DNA of 62,047 nt, counting the filler, from Choristocarpus tenellus KU-1152 (taxonomy: Eukaryota > Protista > Phaeophyceae), in the NCBI GenBank assembly GCA_964200185.2. It is 11 parts of 11 records of this genome, joined end to end, with 100 filler letters (N's around TTAATTAATTAA, not from the genome) between each part and the next. Parts side by side here need not be neighbours in the genome. Positions count along the whole stretch, not along the records: positions 21,010 to 31,689 come from CAXNAD020002791.1; positions 31,790 to 34,677 come from CAXNAD020023904.1; positions 34,778 to 53,221 come from CAXNAD020000551.1; 8 more parts are not named here. One strand, written 5' to 3'. Made by a program: the position numbers and the translations under genes. Shown here piece after piece: positions 24,340 through 38,375 of this stretch. The notes under the pieces are model-generated. The model did not search any database. It worked only from the letters and a program-made list of their open reading frames with translations, and was not told the DNA's origin. Within the stretch, counting starts at the first letter, position 1. Each line of letters begins with the position of its first letter.

Positions 24340-27300
24340 ATGGCATCTCTTGCGTCCCTTTCGAGACTGAGTGCACGGCGGATGGCCACGGTGGCCACCC
24401 GTTCTGCGCCTTTGGCGGCGTCTGTGCAGGTGCGAATCTCATGGGAGGGGCTTGTAGGGTAAGAACGGTTTGCATGCAATAAGCCTTTCTAAGGGTACGG
24501 AGCTATGATTGTATTGCAAAGGTTATGTGAATAATATGCATTCGTTAATGGGTGAATAGACCCATCTCTTCCTCAGAAGTTTATGCCCGCTGTTCCTGAG
24601 GGCGTGCGTTGCAGATCACCTACCACCTTTAAGCTTGGTCAGACTAGGCAAAGGTAATTTCAATGAGTGCTATGTCTTGGTAAGTATTCCTGTATATGGT
24701 CATGGTTAAGTTGCATACCATGCACCCATCCTCTAATGCAACCCTTCCACCGTCACTAACGTTTTACAAGGAATATGTTTTTGAGATGCACTTAATCCCT
24801 TTGTGGTATGTTCACTTCTTATATGCTCCACAGTCCGGATACGTTGTTGGAGGTTGAGAATGTACCGAACGGCCTAAGATTCTTTGGTAGTCCCGCAGAC
24901 GGGCTATCCAACTTTGAACAGACGGTTGATCGATGCCGAACATTTTTTCCAATATGAACTTACTTGGATGTCGTCTTGCCTTTACCACCTAATCTTTTCA
25001 CGGATTGCTGTACGACAACGCATGAGTGGCAAGAACACTTAAACATAGAACAATCAAACTTCCCCATTCTTTCCAGTCTGCACCCCTCTCTCTCAATTTC
25101 TCTCACCATGGATGTGACAAGACATCCTGTCTGAAGTGACCTTTACACGCTCGCAGAATGACATAATTCGAGGAATAGAATTAGCTTTGCGTTGTATCTG
25201 ATATAATTTCACCACGATTCAATACGACTAAAAGTTTACTTTGCTCTCGTGCCTGCAACCTTCCCCATCTCTCCTCCTGTTCACAGACTGCCGCTAAGGT
25301 GCAGGGTGCACGTAGCTTCTCCGTGGCAAGCCAGGTACGTGTTCTATCATGAACGAAAGCATGTCTTTTAATACCGTGGCAGGAGGTTTTTCTTGTCAAC
25401 CAAAGGACCGGAGCTATTTTAACAAAGACTGAAGGGAGCTAAAAATGTGGCTCGTTACTGTTCGTTGTGTCAAGGGCATTTCTTATTCTGAAGGCCCCTG
25501 AGAAATAGACAATACACATTAGTGTTACCTTTCCCTATTCCGAAGTTTGTGTATCCTTCCCTAAGTAATATATTAGCCTCATATCCCCTTTCTGGGAAAG
25601 GGGGAAAACGACTATATAATATAATGAAGATATCTTCTAAGGACCTCTGTTTTTTTAGGCATGCTTGAGGAAATAATTTCTTGTTCTGTGTACACGAACT
25701 CAACAAGGATGTTTTCTTGTTAAAAACAAAACATAGCATTGTTTTGTAAGTATGGTTATCAACATATTTACTAACCATTTATTGGTTTTTGAGTATATAA
25801 ACATTTTCAAATACATGCTACAACCTGCTGGCCACGAATGTCTGCTATGGCACCCAAAGTCTGACTTCTATTTTCTTGCGCCTCTTTTTTGCCTACGTTT
25901 TAATTTATATTTATATATTTAACCTTTCAAATTGTGTTTTTATATTTCACTTTTTGATCGAATTGGTCAAGTGTTTTTTGTGCACCCTTAAGGTTTGAGT
26001 TTATATTACGCTAATGCCTTCTTGGCCACGAACTATACACTGCATTTCTTGTATGATGAGTTTATATTTTTTAAGGGGTGTAGCTCTTGTTCAAAACAGT
26101 CAAAGACTGTTACGTTGACGGGGTATACCTGATAATATCACATTATTCCTCAGACTGAAATGATGTAACATGATATCAATGGTGTTAATATTGCCTCTAG
26201 TCTTCATTAAATGAATGGTTAGATTTTAGTGGGGAGTAGGTAGGGTACCGTACATGGGTTCTGCCTCTTAACACTCATCTCAATGGAATATTTAATATTA
26301 TTTCTTTAGGTCTATGTAAGTTGTGTAACTCAAGTGCAGATACCCTACCTGCGTCCTTTTCAAGCTCCTTTGAAGAGTGCCGATTTCATTTGTCCTAACA
26401 CGTTTAGCTACAAGTGAAGGCTGAGTGAAATGTTCAGATTGAAATGAAAGTCACTATGTGGGTTGCCTCTCTTACTCGCCTCTCTCTGATGGTCTGAGCC
26501 TCGAGACTGCGATCCTCTCCCCTGCTGCGACTCACAAGTATTGCGTACACAACAAACGCCTGATCAGGTGATTGAGCTGTCGAGCTACCTTGAGAAGCGT
26601 ATCGCAAGCTCTGCTTCAGCGGCAGACAAGGCTGTTGCAGAGTACAATGAAGTGGGGAAGGTGGTCACTGTTGGGGACGGTATCGCTCGTGTGTACGGTC
26701 TTAACAATGTGCAAGCTGGAGAGGTGTGTGAGCGTGCGAAGACCTACCTGACTTGATTTTTCATGCAATTAAATCAACCACAGTCTACTTCCTGGCACCA
26801 GCCGGTAGCACAGAAGATATTTGTACTCACGTTGTTCCATGTTGGTATTTTTTTTTTGTAGGATGTGTTATTTTTTTGCTTTTGTGATACATAAAGAGCT
26901 GGCTCTTTAGTGCCGTATGTTGAGGTCAAGGTAAGAAGGTTTGTTCCTTTGATGCAGGTGAAGAGCGTTTGAATGGAGATGCAGAGATGTAAATGTGTAA
27001 TGTTAAAGGTGGGGTTAGTAGATTGTACCCTTGTTCAGCTCAGAGTGTTCTGTGATACAGGGAAGGTGAAATATTCCTGTGAAGCGGGGTGTTTATTTCC
27101 TCTTAACTGAGAATGTAGTAAATTTGCTTTGGATAGGGGCTGAGGGTAGAGGTTGTGGATGCATTCATTGTGTCTTGTTATTGTAGCATAAAGATTGTGT
27201 TGTTCCTGTAGTGGAGGCAGTGGCTGTGCTGTATGATTCTACGTGGTAAAAGGGTAGGTGATGCTGTGAAAGGTGTTGAAAGGGTTGTGTGATGACTTGG

Positions 27301-30300
27301 ATTCTCACTTTGTTTCATATTTTTGTCCTTGTCTTTGTTAAATTTGTTCTTTCCTGTGTATACACTTTCCTCTCAGAATATATATATTTTTATAGTTTTG
27401 AAGAGTACGTTACATATTCTAGAGCTCATATGAAGGGTATCATTTCCCCTCTCTTCATTTTTCGCTTTAAATATTTGATTGCACCAATTGATGGTTGTGC
27501 AAAATGGTGCCCAAGTCTTGGGCTATACAGGAGATAGTAGAACATGATGTTGCCTTCAGTGCGTGTGAGAGGGAATATATTTTTTTGTTACACTTCTTGC
27601 TGTTGTATGAAACAGTTTTGCTGAACTGTTAAACTTTTGATAGCATGATGTTACATTTTGGCTATGGAGTTTTGTGTGGTGTACCTTTAAAGTACAGTAA
27701 CAGTGAATGTTGTGGGGTATTTATTATATATTGCAAGTAATACCCATGGATGATGGTATTGTGTGTGGACTCTTGACCCTAAGCCTAAACTACATGGTAT
27801 GCACATGTTTTGGTTTCTATCGAGGATGAGGTGGTGTTTGATATCAATGAATTGATTTTTTAATCTTGTCTGAAGCAAATTTTTCTGTGCCCTCCTGAAA
27901 TTGTTCTTGGTTCTCATGGCAGTGATGACGACACTCTTCCCCTTCAAACCACTCCAGAGATAGATGGTCTTGAGCCCTTCCCCTTTCTCCACCTCTCACA
28001 CTAGTGAAACGATTTGACCCTTGGCAGATGGTTGTGTTTGAGTGTGGCCTGAGGGGCATGGCACTCAACTTGGAGGAGAGCAATGTGGGTGTTGTTATCT
28101 TCGGAGATGACAGGTAACACGTGCTAGCACTGCCTTCAATGTAATGTTTGTAGCATTGACTCTAGAAAGGTATCTGTAACCCTCAACTTAGTGCAACATG
28201 CTTCATGACTTTCTTCCATGGTAGTATTCAAAATGGTGTTGGTAGTGTCATGAGATGGCGATGTTTTCTATTTTTCTTTTTCTTGTCACTGTTTGGAGAG
28301 GGTGGCTGAGGTTTCTGTTAGAAGAAGGAAAATTGAGAGCGGCTTGGGTTGTCATTAACGGTTGCGGTATCATTGCCCCTCGAGTGTGTGCTAAGTTGAG
28401 TGAGATGAAGGTTTTTGTTTGTAACAGCGATGAAGTTGCTCTCATCTTTTTTTTTGCAGCGTTAGAAAAAAACTCCATCGGTGTATTATGTGTAGATACT
28501 GTACATTTATTATGTAATGCATGAATAGGTAAGTTTAACTGCTCGGTCATTTTTTAAAAAAAAAGAGTTTAGTCTGAACAATATTGTAGTCATGTTTGCT
28601 TGTTTACCTGATACGTATCTGATTTTGGCGTTGGTGAGCGCAGGGAGATCCTTGAGGGTGGAACTGTAAAGCGTACTGGCGCTATTGTGGATGTGCCGGT
28701 AGGGCCTGAGTGCTTGGGCAGGGTTCTTGATGGGCTCGGAGAGCCTATCGATGGTCAGGGTCCTCTCAAGACCGAGGTTAGTTATCATCGTCCTGAAGTG
28801 ACATCGATCAGATCCTCGCATTGAGTAGTTCCAATGTATACCCTGTTCTTGAATGGTTCACGATAGAAGTATGTGTCAATAGTATCGCCTAAACAACATT
28901 GTCAATGAAGAGATCAAAAATAATAATTTTAGTTATTTTTTTTGCACATTTTATGCTACACTACACGCCTTCCAGTTCTTGATGAAAATATACTGAATGC
29001 TTACATGAATCATTGAAGGACTTGGATAAATGTAGGGATTCCTTTCCTTTACCCAGACGAACCTTTTGTTTTGATGTTGGAAAATCGATCTCTTACTTTG
29101 CCGTGAATTGCTCTTGTGCGTGTGGGGGTGCTTGTTCTGTGGGGGGGATCAGACTCGCTCTCGGGCTGAGGTGAAGGCCCCAGGTATCATCCCCCGTAAG
29201 TCTGTGCACGAGCCGGTCCAGGTGAGAAGAGACGGTGTTATGATTTTGATTTGTGTTGTTTCTTGGATTCGGTGTAGTGTGAGTGTGAGTAGAATGATAT
29301 TTTGTCAAGATTTTGTAGGAAGTAAAGTAGTGGTGGTGTAGTGTAAATCAGTTGTATTGGTGAGAAAGAACGGTAAGTTGATGTATTGTTCTGATTGTTA
29401 GTTTGCTGGATAGTGCTGTATCTCCTGACATTATTTTGATGTATTCTCAGAACGTAGTAATTTCTTTACCGGTTGGTGGTAGATGTGTGCTGTATTTCGA
29501 AGAATCGTTTTATTCTTTTTTGGTCTGTATTACACTGGCTTTATGCATTTTTTCTATTAGCTTGGTGTTGAGTGTTGTGTTAGTGGGGGTGGGTTGGAAA
29601 GTGTGGTATTTTATGTGATTTTTTTACTTTTTTGTGCTCCTAGTAACAGAGGTCATCGTGTTGAACAAATAATGCGTAACGTTATTAGTAAGGATTTTTA
29701 GGTGTATGAAAAATGCGTAAGAAAATATCAACAGTTGTATTGTATTTTGTGTACAGTTCAATGACTTTTGTTCTTTATAATTTTCTCTTTTGTTCCCAGA
29801 CTGGCCTCAAGGCTGTGGATGCCCTGATTCCTATTGGACGTGGGCAGCGTGAGTTGGTTATCGGTGACCGTCAGACTGGTAAGACTGCTATCTGCATTGA
29901 CACCATCATCAACCAGAAGACAAAGGGAGACGACCTTCTCTACTGCGTGTGAGCATCTTTTTTGACCCTGTCTGTTTTTTCGAGCGGCATTAGTAGATAT
30001 TTCGATGTTCAAAGAATATTGGATGCAGTAGAACCATAATAAATTGGAACAGATTTATTATTTTAACAGTTCAGTATGAACTGATGGCGTGCCTCTTGAA
30101 TAGCATAGTTGATGTGCCGGCTCTACCCATAAAGGCCTTTTTGTGGGATGATGGATTTCTCGTGTCAGGTGTTTTTTCTTGATATGTGAGGGGTATGCTG
30201 TAAAGGGAAGGGTTTGATGCGTCACAACGTTTTTTCTTCTATGAAAGGAGACCTTGGGCATCCAGTGTAGGCCTGCTTCCCTTGAATTATTGGTTTCAAA

Positions 30301-31158
30301 AATTGGTTTTCTAATTCTAAAAGCATTTGTAGTGCTGAAAAACTTGCCTATACTATGTGTTGATGCATGCCTCCTGTAACATTGTACAGAGTGTGTTTAT
30401 TGTTGTTCCTGGGTAGAGCCGGTGTGACTACCGATGAACTTACGTTCAACTTGTGCATTTTTTTTGTTTTTTTTGGATCAGTTACGTGGGTGTGGGTCAG
30501 AAGAGGTCAACAATTGCTCAGCTTGTGGGTCTCCTACAGGAGCAGAATGCTATGGGTCACTGTGTGGTGGTGGCCGCCACGGCGTCGGACTCTGCCCCCC
30601 TCCAGGTTTGTGAAGTTTGGATGGTGTAAGAGTGGATGATGTCGATATTTTCTGGTTTGATTTGGGGTGTGTCATTTGGTAATGAAATATGTATGGTGAG
30701 TTTTGTTTCTAGTATAGGGTTAGGGTTAGGTTTAGTAGGTTTTGTTTTGACTAAAAGATTGAAGTACTTGAGGAAAAAATGATTCTTGTATTTCACGTTG
30801 CACAGTAAATGTTCTGATTCTCCAACTTTTTTTTTCTGAAGCTTTTGCTCTTTTTTGTTCTATTGTGTCCATTATTTTTTTCTGTTTGTTTTGTGTGATT
30901 TTTATTTTGCCGTTTGAGTCGGCTTTCGATTTATGAATTGATTGTCTAGTTGTGTTTGGATCTATGTGCTAGGACGTGCTGTGTATTTTTTGAGATTGTT
31001 TCACCCTTGGTTCACCTATCCCTGTTCTTCAATGTTTGGTGTTGCAGTTCCTTGCGCCCTACACTGGTGCCGCTGTGGGTGAGTACTTCAGGGACAATGG
31101 GAAGCATGCTGTTATCTTCTATGATGATCTGTCTAAGCAGGCTGTGGCCTACCGTCAG
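24340..31158 (+). CDS. ATP1: Nuclear-encoded mitochondrial F1 ATP synthase subunit alpha, 5' part (3' exons not in the window)
   Basis: Phase-consistent GT-AG exons: 24340-24429, 25287-25334, 26568-26723, 28028-28113, 28644-28776, 29153-29221, 29800-29948, 30482-30605, 31048-31158. Motifs [36 protein letters not shown] (Walker A) and [13 protein letters not shown]. Exons 1-2 encode an Arg/Ser/Ala-rich presequence ending ..ARSFS. Confidence 0.97.
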
Positions 31159-32571
31159 GTGTGTAAATATAGTACAATTGGTTTGTTGTTTGCAGTTGTA
31201 CAGGACAGGTTTTGTGCGTTGTTTGCAGGGATATATATCCTGTAGAGATGTTCTATTTTTGGGGACTTGAAGGAGTTGTACTTATACATGTGTATTGTTG
31301 GAGATGAATGGCAGAGGCCTTCTTTGTGTAGTGGGCACCTAAAGTATTATTAGATTGTGCAGTTGGATTGTATGGTTGGTATGGCATTCATTCTTACGTA
31401 GGATATAATTGTGTAGATACGTGACTCCTTTGTTCTTGGATTGGATGTTTTAAATTGAAATCTTGTAATTATATTTTTGATTAAATAAGTTTACTTTGAA
31501 TTGCTCCAGGGGTTTGTTGGTATGTGACTATCACCCCACAGTCATTTGTGTTACTACCTACACACTCACATTTTTTACGTATCTTATCAGGACATTTGTT
31601 AGGTTTAAACCCCCCCCCACCCCCCCCCCCGCCCCCCCAAATGGAGTATTTATATAAGGATGCCTTTTTCCAGACTGAGTTGGAGCAACNNNNNNNNNNN
31701 NNNNNNNNNNNNNNNNNNNNNNNNNNNNNNNNNTTAATTAATTAANNNNNNNNNNNNNNNNNNNNNNNNNNNNNNNNNNNNNNNNNNNNCCCCCCCCCCC
31801 CCAGTTGCGTCAAAGTGAGAAGTGGATTTGGTGCACGTGATCAAGAAGGGGAAGGGTTATGTAAAAATTGTAACGGTTTCTGGAACCACGTTTGGGATAC
31901 GAGGATTGCCAATGCAGTCGATGAGGAGTAAGGTACCCTCCTGTCTTCTTGGGGCGAATCTGTGGTGTCTAGATCCCTGATGGAGTTTTGAGTATGTCAT
32001 CAAGATCGTTGTGTGCCCTGGCTGTGTGGAGTGATGATGTCTATGTGTATAATACAAAGTTCCATTTTGGTCTACATTGGAGGTTTTGTTTTTTTTTCTT
32101 TTATTTGGGCTGTGAGATGTTTGATGTTTGTGAAGGAAAAAAAAAAGTTTTTGCTTTCAGTAGTAGCTTTTGTCTAAATGGACATTGGGTGCGTGCTTGA
32201 GGGGCCCACTTGTACTCCCAGAAAAATATCGTAGAAATATCATAAAAACCAAGACTCTTCTTTTGTTCAGAAGCTATTTTAGTGACAACAAATGTCAAGA
32301 GGATGATGCAACACTCAGAAATCTCCTTCCACAACAATAACTGCATCAAATGCGAGGCTTTGATCTTCAGTTGGTTTACCCGAGTCAGACCATGATGAGA
32401 GAGTTTTGTTTGTGTAGGTGAACATTTCTGCTGTTACGGTATCATTACGATACCAACATGAGACCTCTTCGTTTTGCATATAACAGGAGATTTAAGAAGG
32501 TGCATACACGAATATATATATATATATGTATGTATGTATTCATACCAACACAAGTGCATACATAAGGGAGG

Positions 32572-32716
32572 TAAGTATTTTGTGTGAATCTAATTAGTAT
32601 ATTGTCTGAATCTAATAAGTATTTTGTTGAATCTAATAAGTATTTGTGTGAATCTAATAAGTATATTGTGTGAATCTAATAAGTATTTTGTCTGAATCTA
32701 ATAAGTATATTTTGTG
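32572..32716. repeat. Minisatellite, ~22-bp unit, about 6.5 copies
   Basis: Tandem TAAGTATTTTGTGTGAATCTAA variants. Confidence 0.9.
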
Positions 32717-34152
32717 TTTGTGTGTCACACGAGTGGTGTGATGGAATGAGTGTGCATGGTGAGAGACAGTCTACCAATTCATGGATCAAATGTAGCATCT
32801 ACGGCCATACAGAGTGGAACTGTTGAGGTCATACATTGTGTTGGTTGGTATGCAGGGGATATGGGTACTCAAACACCAACGAGAAATTACTGGTGGATGG
32901 GGGATAGCAATCATCACGGTGTTCGTATTAGTGGATTGTTTTTAACATATATTTCAATATTTTTAACATATATTTCAACTGAAATGTAGTCATTTCTTGT
33001 CTTTAATAAATTATTGGTACTACTCACAAGTGAAGGTAACATGGTATCTTAGTACCATCTTCGACTTTTTTTTGTGTATTTGTTTTAATTCCTATTTTTT
33101 TTATATTAATTTTAGAACTCACAGATCACGATTTACGAAGTGGAACCTTTTGCCTATCAAAAGAGTCAAATGGAGTACCCAAGTTCTTTAATACAGTGTC
33201 ATGCTTCAGTAAGTACTATAGTAGACTGTTTTAACAAATATCATGCAGTTGCCTAAAATATAGAATGTTTCATTCAAGAAATATCATGGTCTACGTCAAA
33301 TTCCGCCAAGAAATAGCCTGCCAAGACCCCTCTTCTTGGCACATTTAACAAGTTCTGACTCTGACTGGAACCATGTGTGGAGGAGGCACAGGTCTAGGCA
33401 GCAGGTGATCGCAGGATGTACACAAGTACAGTTCTAGGCAAGGTCGTCACTGCACAAGTGAGCAGCAACGTGAAGCTAGCTAGACCTATAGCCTATAGAT
33501 ACGAAGTCTTTGTTTTTTTTGTTGAGCTAAAGCCCATAGAGGACTGGATAACTCCCAACACCCCACATTGAGAATGAGACACATACATCAAGTGTGAACA
33601 AGAAAAATGTCCAAGGAGGCAGAAATGTAGGCGCAGGATGGGCGAGAGGGCAGGTGGTTCCAATGGGGGATACTAGATACTAGGTAGAACCACGGAGGGA
33701 TCCTTGTTGTGTTGCAAGTTCAGCAGAGTGACCCACCGAGGGCTATGAAAACACAGACGCTACAATATAAGCCTGGCTTCATTAAGGATAGATTCACAAA
33801 CTTGGTCTTTGTTCTGTGGTACCTAGGGTTAGGGTTAGGGTTAGAAGGAGGTCAACGGCACCGATTCAATGTAGCATGTGTTATCTGCACACATGAGAAG
33901 TGGGCATTATTGCTCTGTACTGCATAGTTCATACATCCACTATAGACTGTAGATAACACATGTATGGCTGATCTCGATGTAGTATTCTTCACTCAGAAAA
34001 GCAACCAGGGCACCCCCGGCAGGCAAGAGCATTATCGACACAAGAGGGGTAGTAGCCAGCTGAGAACAAGAAGCAAGGTACGACCAAAGGCGAGGCTGAA
34101 AGACGCCTACAGCAACTACTAAAATAGTTGAGACTTAAAACAAAAAATCCCA

Positions 34153-34184
<32 letters not shown>

Positions 34185-34571
34185 ACACGGAACATAAGGC
34201 ATTAACTAATACTACAGGAGTAAAACCACCACTGTACACACACATCAACACACACACACACGATTACCAACAAAACCCCAACACTGCTCTGCTTGATTCC
34301 TTCGCGGTGAACATGGATGAACATTGTGAAAGTGCAAGCAACGGAGTTAAGCCCATCCATTAGAGTAAGAGTAACCTGGTCCTGGTCAAATGCGCAGATG
34401 AAAAGCAATCAAGAATCAACTAACTCCCAGGACACGTCACAAGGTGAGAAACAATCGTCTCTGAACTCAACCTCCACAGCACTCAAGCCCCATCAAGGAA
34501 ATATCCTTCCATGCAAAGGCCTTCAAAAGGCACCACTCATACCTACTGCTATAGACAACTCTGTTCTTTGT

Positions 34572-34636
<65 letters not shown>

Positions 34637-35381
34637 ACCACCCCGCCACCCACACGCACCGCCCCCACGCCCCCCCCNNNNNNNNNNNNNNNNNNNNNNN
34701 NNNNNNNNNNNNNNNNNNNNNTTAATTAATTAANNNNNNNNNNNNNNNNNNNNNNNNNNNNNNNNNNNNNNNNNNNNGTGCTTTGCAGCACAATCACACC
34801 TATCCATAACATAGACTACGCATATTACTCATCGGTGCTTTGCAACACCCACCATGATTCCTCATCGCTAGTAGTCTACGCATTTTGCTTACATGTACGA
34901 TGCATTCGCTTCAGGTTTCAACAGTTTTCACTTCAGCGAACAGGAACCATGTCCCCATCAAATAATGGCAAAAACGTGGGGAAACATCTCGAACACAATT
35001 TTGAAGGTCACGACTTCATAATGGACAAAAATGAAGTGGTTGACTAAACTCCTAGCAAAAACATTATGTGGGTTGCATCACTGCCCAAGTTTGGCGTGTG
35101 TGGCGATACCGAAAAAAAAGAAGAATTGCGGACATCTTTTTTGCGCCATTTGCAGAATTTCGGTGAGCAGCATACACACGTGACCCACACAGCAACATGA
35201 ACGACGACGGTGAGACAAGGAGAGCCGCCGAGGCCACTCTGCCCCCTGGATCTACCCTCAGCACCTTCTCTGTCGAGAGGTGACAGAAAAGCAAGTACCA
35301 TGTGACATTCAGTGCGATGTTAGGTAACGAAAAAGTGCGAGTAGCATGGCGCAGCAGCATGACACTGATGCTGAGAGAAGA

Positions 35382-35622
35382 GAGTAAAATATCTTAGAGG
35401 TATGAATTTTTCTCTGTTTATCCATTTTGACCTTGGCTTCCCACGGATTTTTTTTATGACATTTTACCTACTCCAAAATGTTTCAGAGTGAGTAGGTAAA
35501 ATGTATATGTTATGAAAAAGTGCTTGGATGACAAACACGATAGCCAAAATTACATCCAAATTGTAACATTGGATTTTGGATCTCAAATGGATGCGGCTCT
35601 ACCCTCTAAGATACTTTGACTG
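35382..35622 (+). mobile_element. MITE family 1 (internal deletion)
   Basis: Both TIRs recognisable. TSD not preserved. Confidence 0.85.
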
Positions 35623-35835
35623 AGTTGCATGGAAAGCATTACCACACAAGCGTGGTTGGATCTTCGACCATGTCGGAACACTGCTCTGAAATCTCTGCTG
35701 CCTTGGGAAAGCTGGAAGAGAGTGGCAAGTCCATCACAAGGTGGTACAGTGACGAAGTCTGCGGGGAAGCCTGGTCACGGTGGGCGAAGGGAGAACAGGG
35801 GTGGCCGCCCGAAGGGAAGATTGGGGAAGAGAGCA

Positions 35836-36096
35836 GAGACAAAGTATCTTAGAGGGTAGAGCCGCATACATTTGGGGGCCAAAATCCAATGCTGCAATTT
35901 TGATGTAATTTTGACTATGTAATGTTTGTTAAGAGATGTCAATAACCTTGTTCCAGACACACCTTTTCATAACGTATACATTTTACCTACTCTGGAACAT
36001 TTTGGAGTTGGTAAAATGTCATTAAAAACCAGTGGGAAGCCAAGCCCCAAATGGAAAAATAGGGCAAAACTCGTACCCTCTAAGATACTTTCACTC
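35836..36096 (-). mobile_element. MITE family 1
   Basis: GAGACAAAGTATCTTAGAGGGTA / TACCCTCTAAGATACTTTCACTC. TSD AGCA at 35832-35835 and 36097-36100. Confidence 0.93.
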
Positions 36097-36213
36097 AGCA
36101 GTGCGACTACGTGTCATTGTGCTCAGGAAACGCCCAAGCGAAAACCCGGGTGTAGAATATCTTAGTAGTCAACAGTTGCAGCAGGCCCTGGCTGTGTGGA
36201 AGGTATGCGAGCC

Positions 36214-36472
36214 GATTCACAGTGTTTTAGAGGGCAGGTCCGCGGTCCATTTGGGGGCCAAAATCCAATGTTGCCATTTTGATAAAATTTTGGCTATTGT
36301 GTTTGTTAGGAAGTGCCAATATCCTTGTTCCGGACACACATTTTCATGACATACATATTTTACCTACTCTGAAACAGTTCGCAGTAGGAAAATGTCATGA
36401 AAAAAACATGGGAAGCCAAGCCCCAAATGGATAAATGGGCCAAAACTCGTACCCTCTAGGTTACTTTCACTC
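36214..36472 (-). mobile_element. MITE family 1
   Basis: Degenerate TIRs. TSD AGCC at 36210-36213 and 36473-36476. Confidence 0.9.
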
Positions 36473-37818
36473 AGCCAGAGTGGCTTAAGTAAAAGAGAAA
36501 GAAGGCGTTCGGGTTGGGTGACAAGGGCTCTGAAGCCCAAAAGAAGGTCGAAAGGGCTCGCAAGGAAGAGGAGAAAGTAATCGTAACTAAGGCAGCTGTG
36601 GAGAATTTTCGATACCACCAAACCCTTTACTTAGAAGAGGTCGCGAAGCAGGTGGAGGTAACCATCGATGAGGATGCTAGCAAGAAGAGGAGGTGAGGTT
36701 GAGACTATTTTATTTGCACACCAATGGTTTGGTGTCTCCCACTTCTTGCAAGATGCTGCACATTTACTTTTTTGTTCCTGGACTTAGGGCTGGACGTACA
36801 AAGTTGATTAAGGATTTCTCCTTGCCTGCATTCATTCGAGAAATTAACATAATTCTTGATCAACTCAAGCCTGTCCTCCCTCGCCCTTGCACCTTGGTGA
36901 TAAAATATCACCCGTCCAGGAAACACGGACGACGCCCATTTCCGGTGCTCAAGGAGGAAATGTGATAGTAAAGGCTCTAACACTGCGAATTCTGTACCTG
37001 CGTATGAATGATGATCAAGACCGCCAAACGGCGCTTGAGATGGCAGCAGGATATGCGATGGTCAGGTCGGAAACTGTGAGTAAATGGCAGAGAGAGACTT
37101 CCTAACTAAGGGCCACATCAAGGTGTCGGAGCAAGGGCACTACAAGAGGCGTTTCATTCTGGGCCTTAACGAGGACATCCTTGCCAAGGTCAAAGAGTGG
37201 GTACATGAATACACAGGAAGAAAGGGTGGGGAGGCTTCCCCCCATGCTAAACAAGTATGCTTTTATCAAGTAATAGTGCATCTGTTGCCACTCTTGGTGA
37301 CCTATAATCCAGGGTTCAAACCCCAATGTGAGCGCTCTTTGTTAAAATAAAATTGTGAAAAAAACGAAAGCCTGTATGTTACAGGTGAATAGCGCGAGCA
37401 TTTCTTCTCTTGTTCTAATAAGCGCGAGCAGTATACGAGATTAGTAGCACATAGGTAGCCTTACTGATTCCTTAGAAGATGCAGAGTAAGATTCGTACTG
37501 CATACTTAACCTTACGGAAGAAATGGCAAAGTTCCTAGAAGTTGCAAAATAAAGGGTTATGATTGGAGTATATATACAGCAGTTTGCAGATGTCTTTTAC
37601 CATAGAAGTCTACAGAAAATGGGTGGATGATGTCTTTTACCATCATCCATTACCCCTTTTAAAACAGTCTTTTATCTTTAACAAAACATTGAGTTGAGCT
37701 TTGAGCTACACACTGAGTGGAGTATCGAGAGAAGACTGTCTGACACCCAACAAACTGTTATCAAAGGCAACACCCCCATAGTGTCGTTTTAAGATCGTTG
37801 GATTTGACTTGTACATTC

Positions 37819-38375
37819 AGTGGAGGTGAGTTCTGAAGCGTGCTGTAACATGGAGTTCCTACCGAGACTCTCTTCAAACTGGAGAGAGTACTCAGTATTC
37901 ACTTAGGATTCTTGGTAGCTCCCACGATAGCCTGGATTTTTTTTTCACTTGGTTCGGTGGTCTCCTACGGGGCTTCCTTCTGCTTGGCCTCGTCTTCTCC
38001 ATGGGTAGTCTTCAAACGTTGGCCCCATCTCCTAACTTGGAGGAAGGGCCTAGTGCGATGGCATCTGAGTGAAAGTATATTAGAGGGTAAGAGTTTTGCC
38101 CTGTTTGTCCATTTGGGGCTTGGCTTCCGACGGGTTTTTTATGACATTTTCTTACTCAAAAATGTTTCAGAGTAGGTAAAATGCGTACATTATGAAAAGG
38201 TGTATCCGCAGCAAGGATACTGACACTTCCTAACAAAGACGATAGCCAAAATGACATAAAAATGGCAACTTTGGATTATGGACCCCAAATGGACGGGGCC
38301 CTACCTTTTAAGATACTTTGGCTCATCTGTGCCTCCAAGGGAAACATCATACACCTATAGTCGTAAATGAGTGGT
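37819..38375 (-). repeat. Unclassified dispersed repeat, copy 2 (contains a MITE)
   Basis: Reverse-complement match to 11270-11557 on both sides of the MITE at 38067-38324. Confidence 0.8.
38067..38324 (+). mobile_element. MITE family 1
   Basis: Both TIRs present. TSD ATCT at 38063-38066 and 38325-38328. Paralogous empty site at 11316-11319. Confidence 0.95.

Larger units (their letters stand above)
34948..37260 (+). pseudogene. Decayed transposase-like ORF (N-terminal HTH region of an IS630/Tc1-related DDE family), hit by three MITEs
   Basis: Fragments A.EMAA....SETVSKW.RDFL.KG.I.VS.QG.YKRRFIL..NEDI..KVKEWV.....KG resemble, from recall, the region preceding the catalytic domain of such transposases. 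Catalytic part absent; frameshifts present. Confidence 0.45.

Noticed and set aside
26568-31158. Organellar insertion (NUMT/NUPT) of atpA
   Set aside because: Spliceosomal introns, an intact frame and an N-terminal presequence indicate a functional nuclear gene.
34574-34677. Poly-Pro/poly-Gly ORFs at poly-C tracts (also 31609-31638, 56648-56699)
   Set aside because: Homopolymer runs at contig ends, probably sequencing or assembly artefacts.
35926-36349. ORFs overlapping MITE copies (also 15640-16108, 10256-10738)
   Set aside because: Chance frames through non-coding repeats; not conserved between copies.
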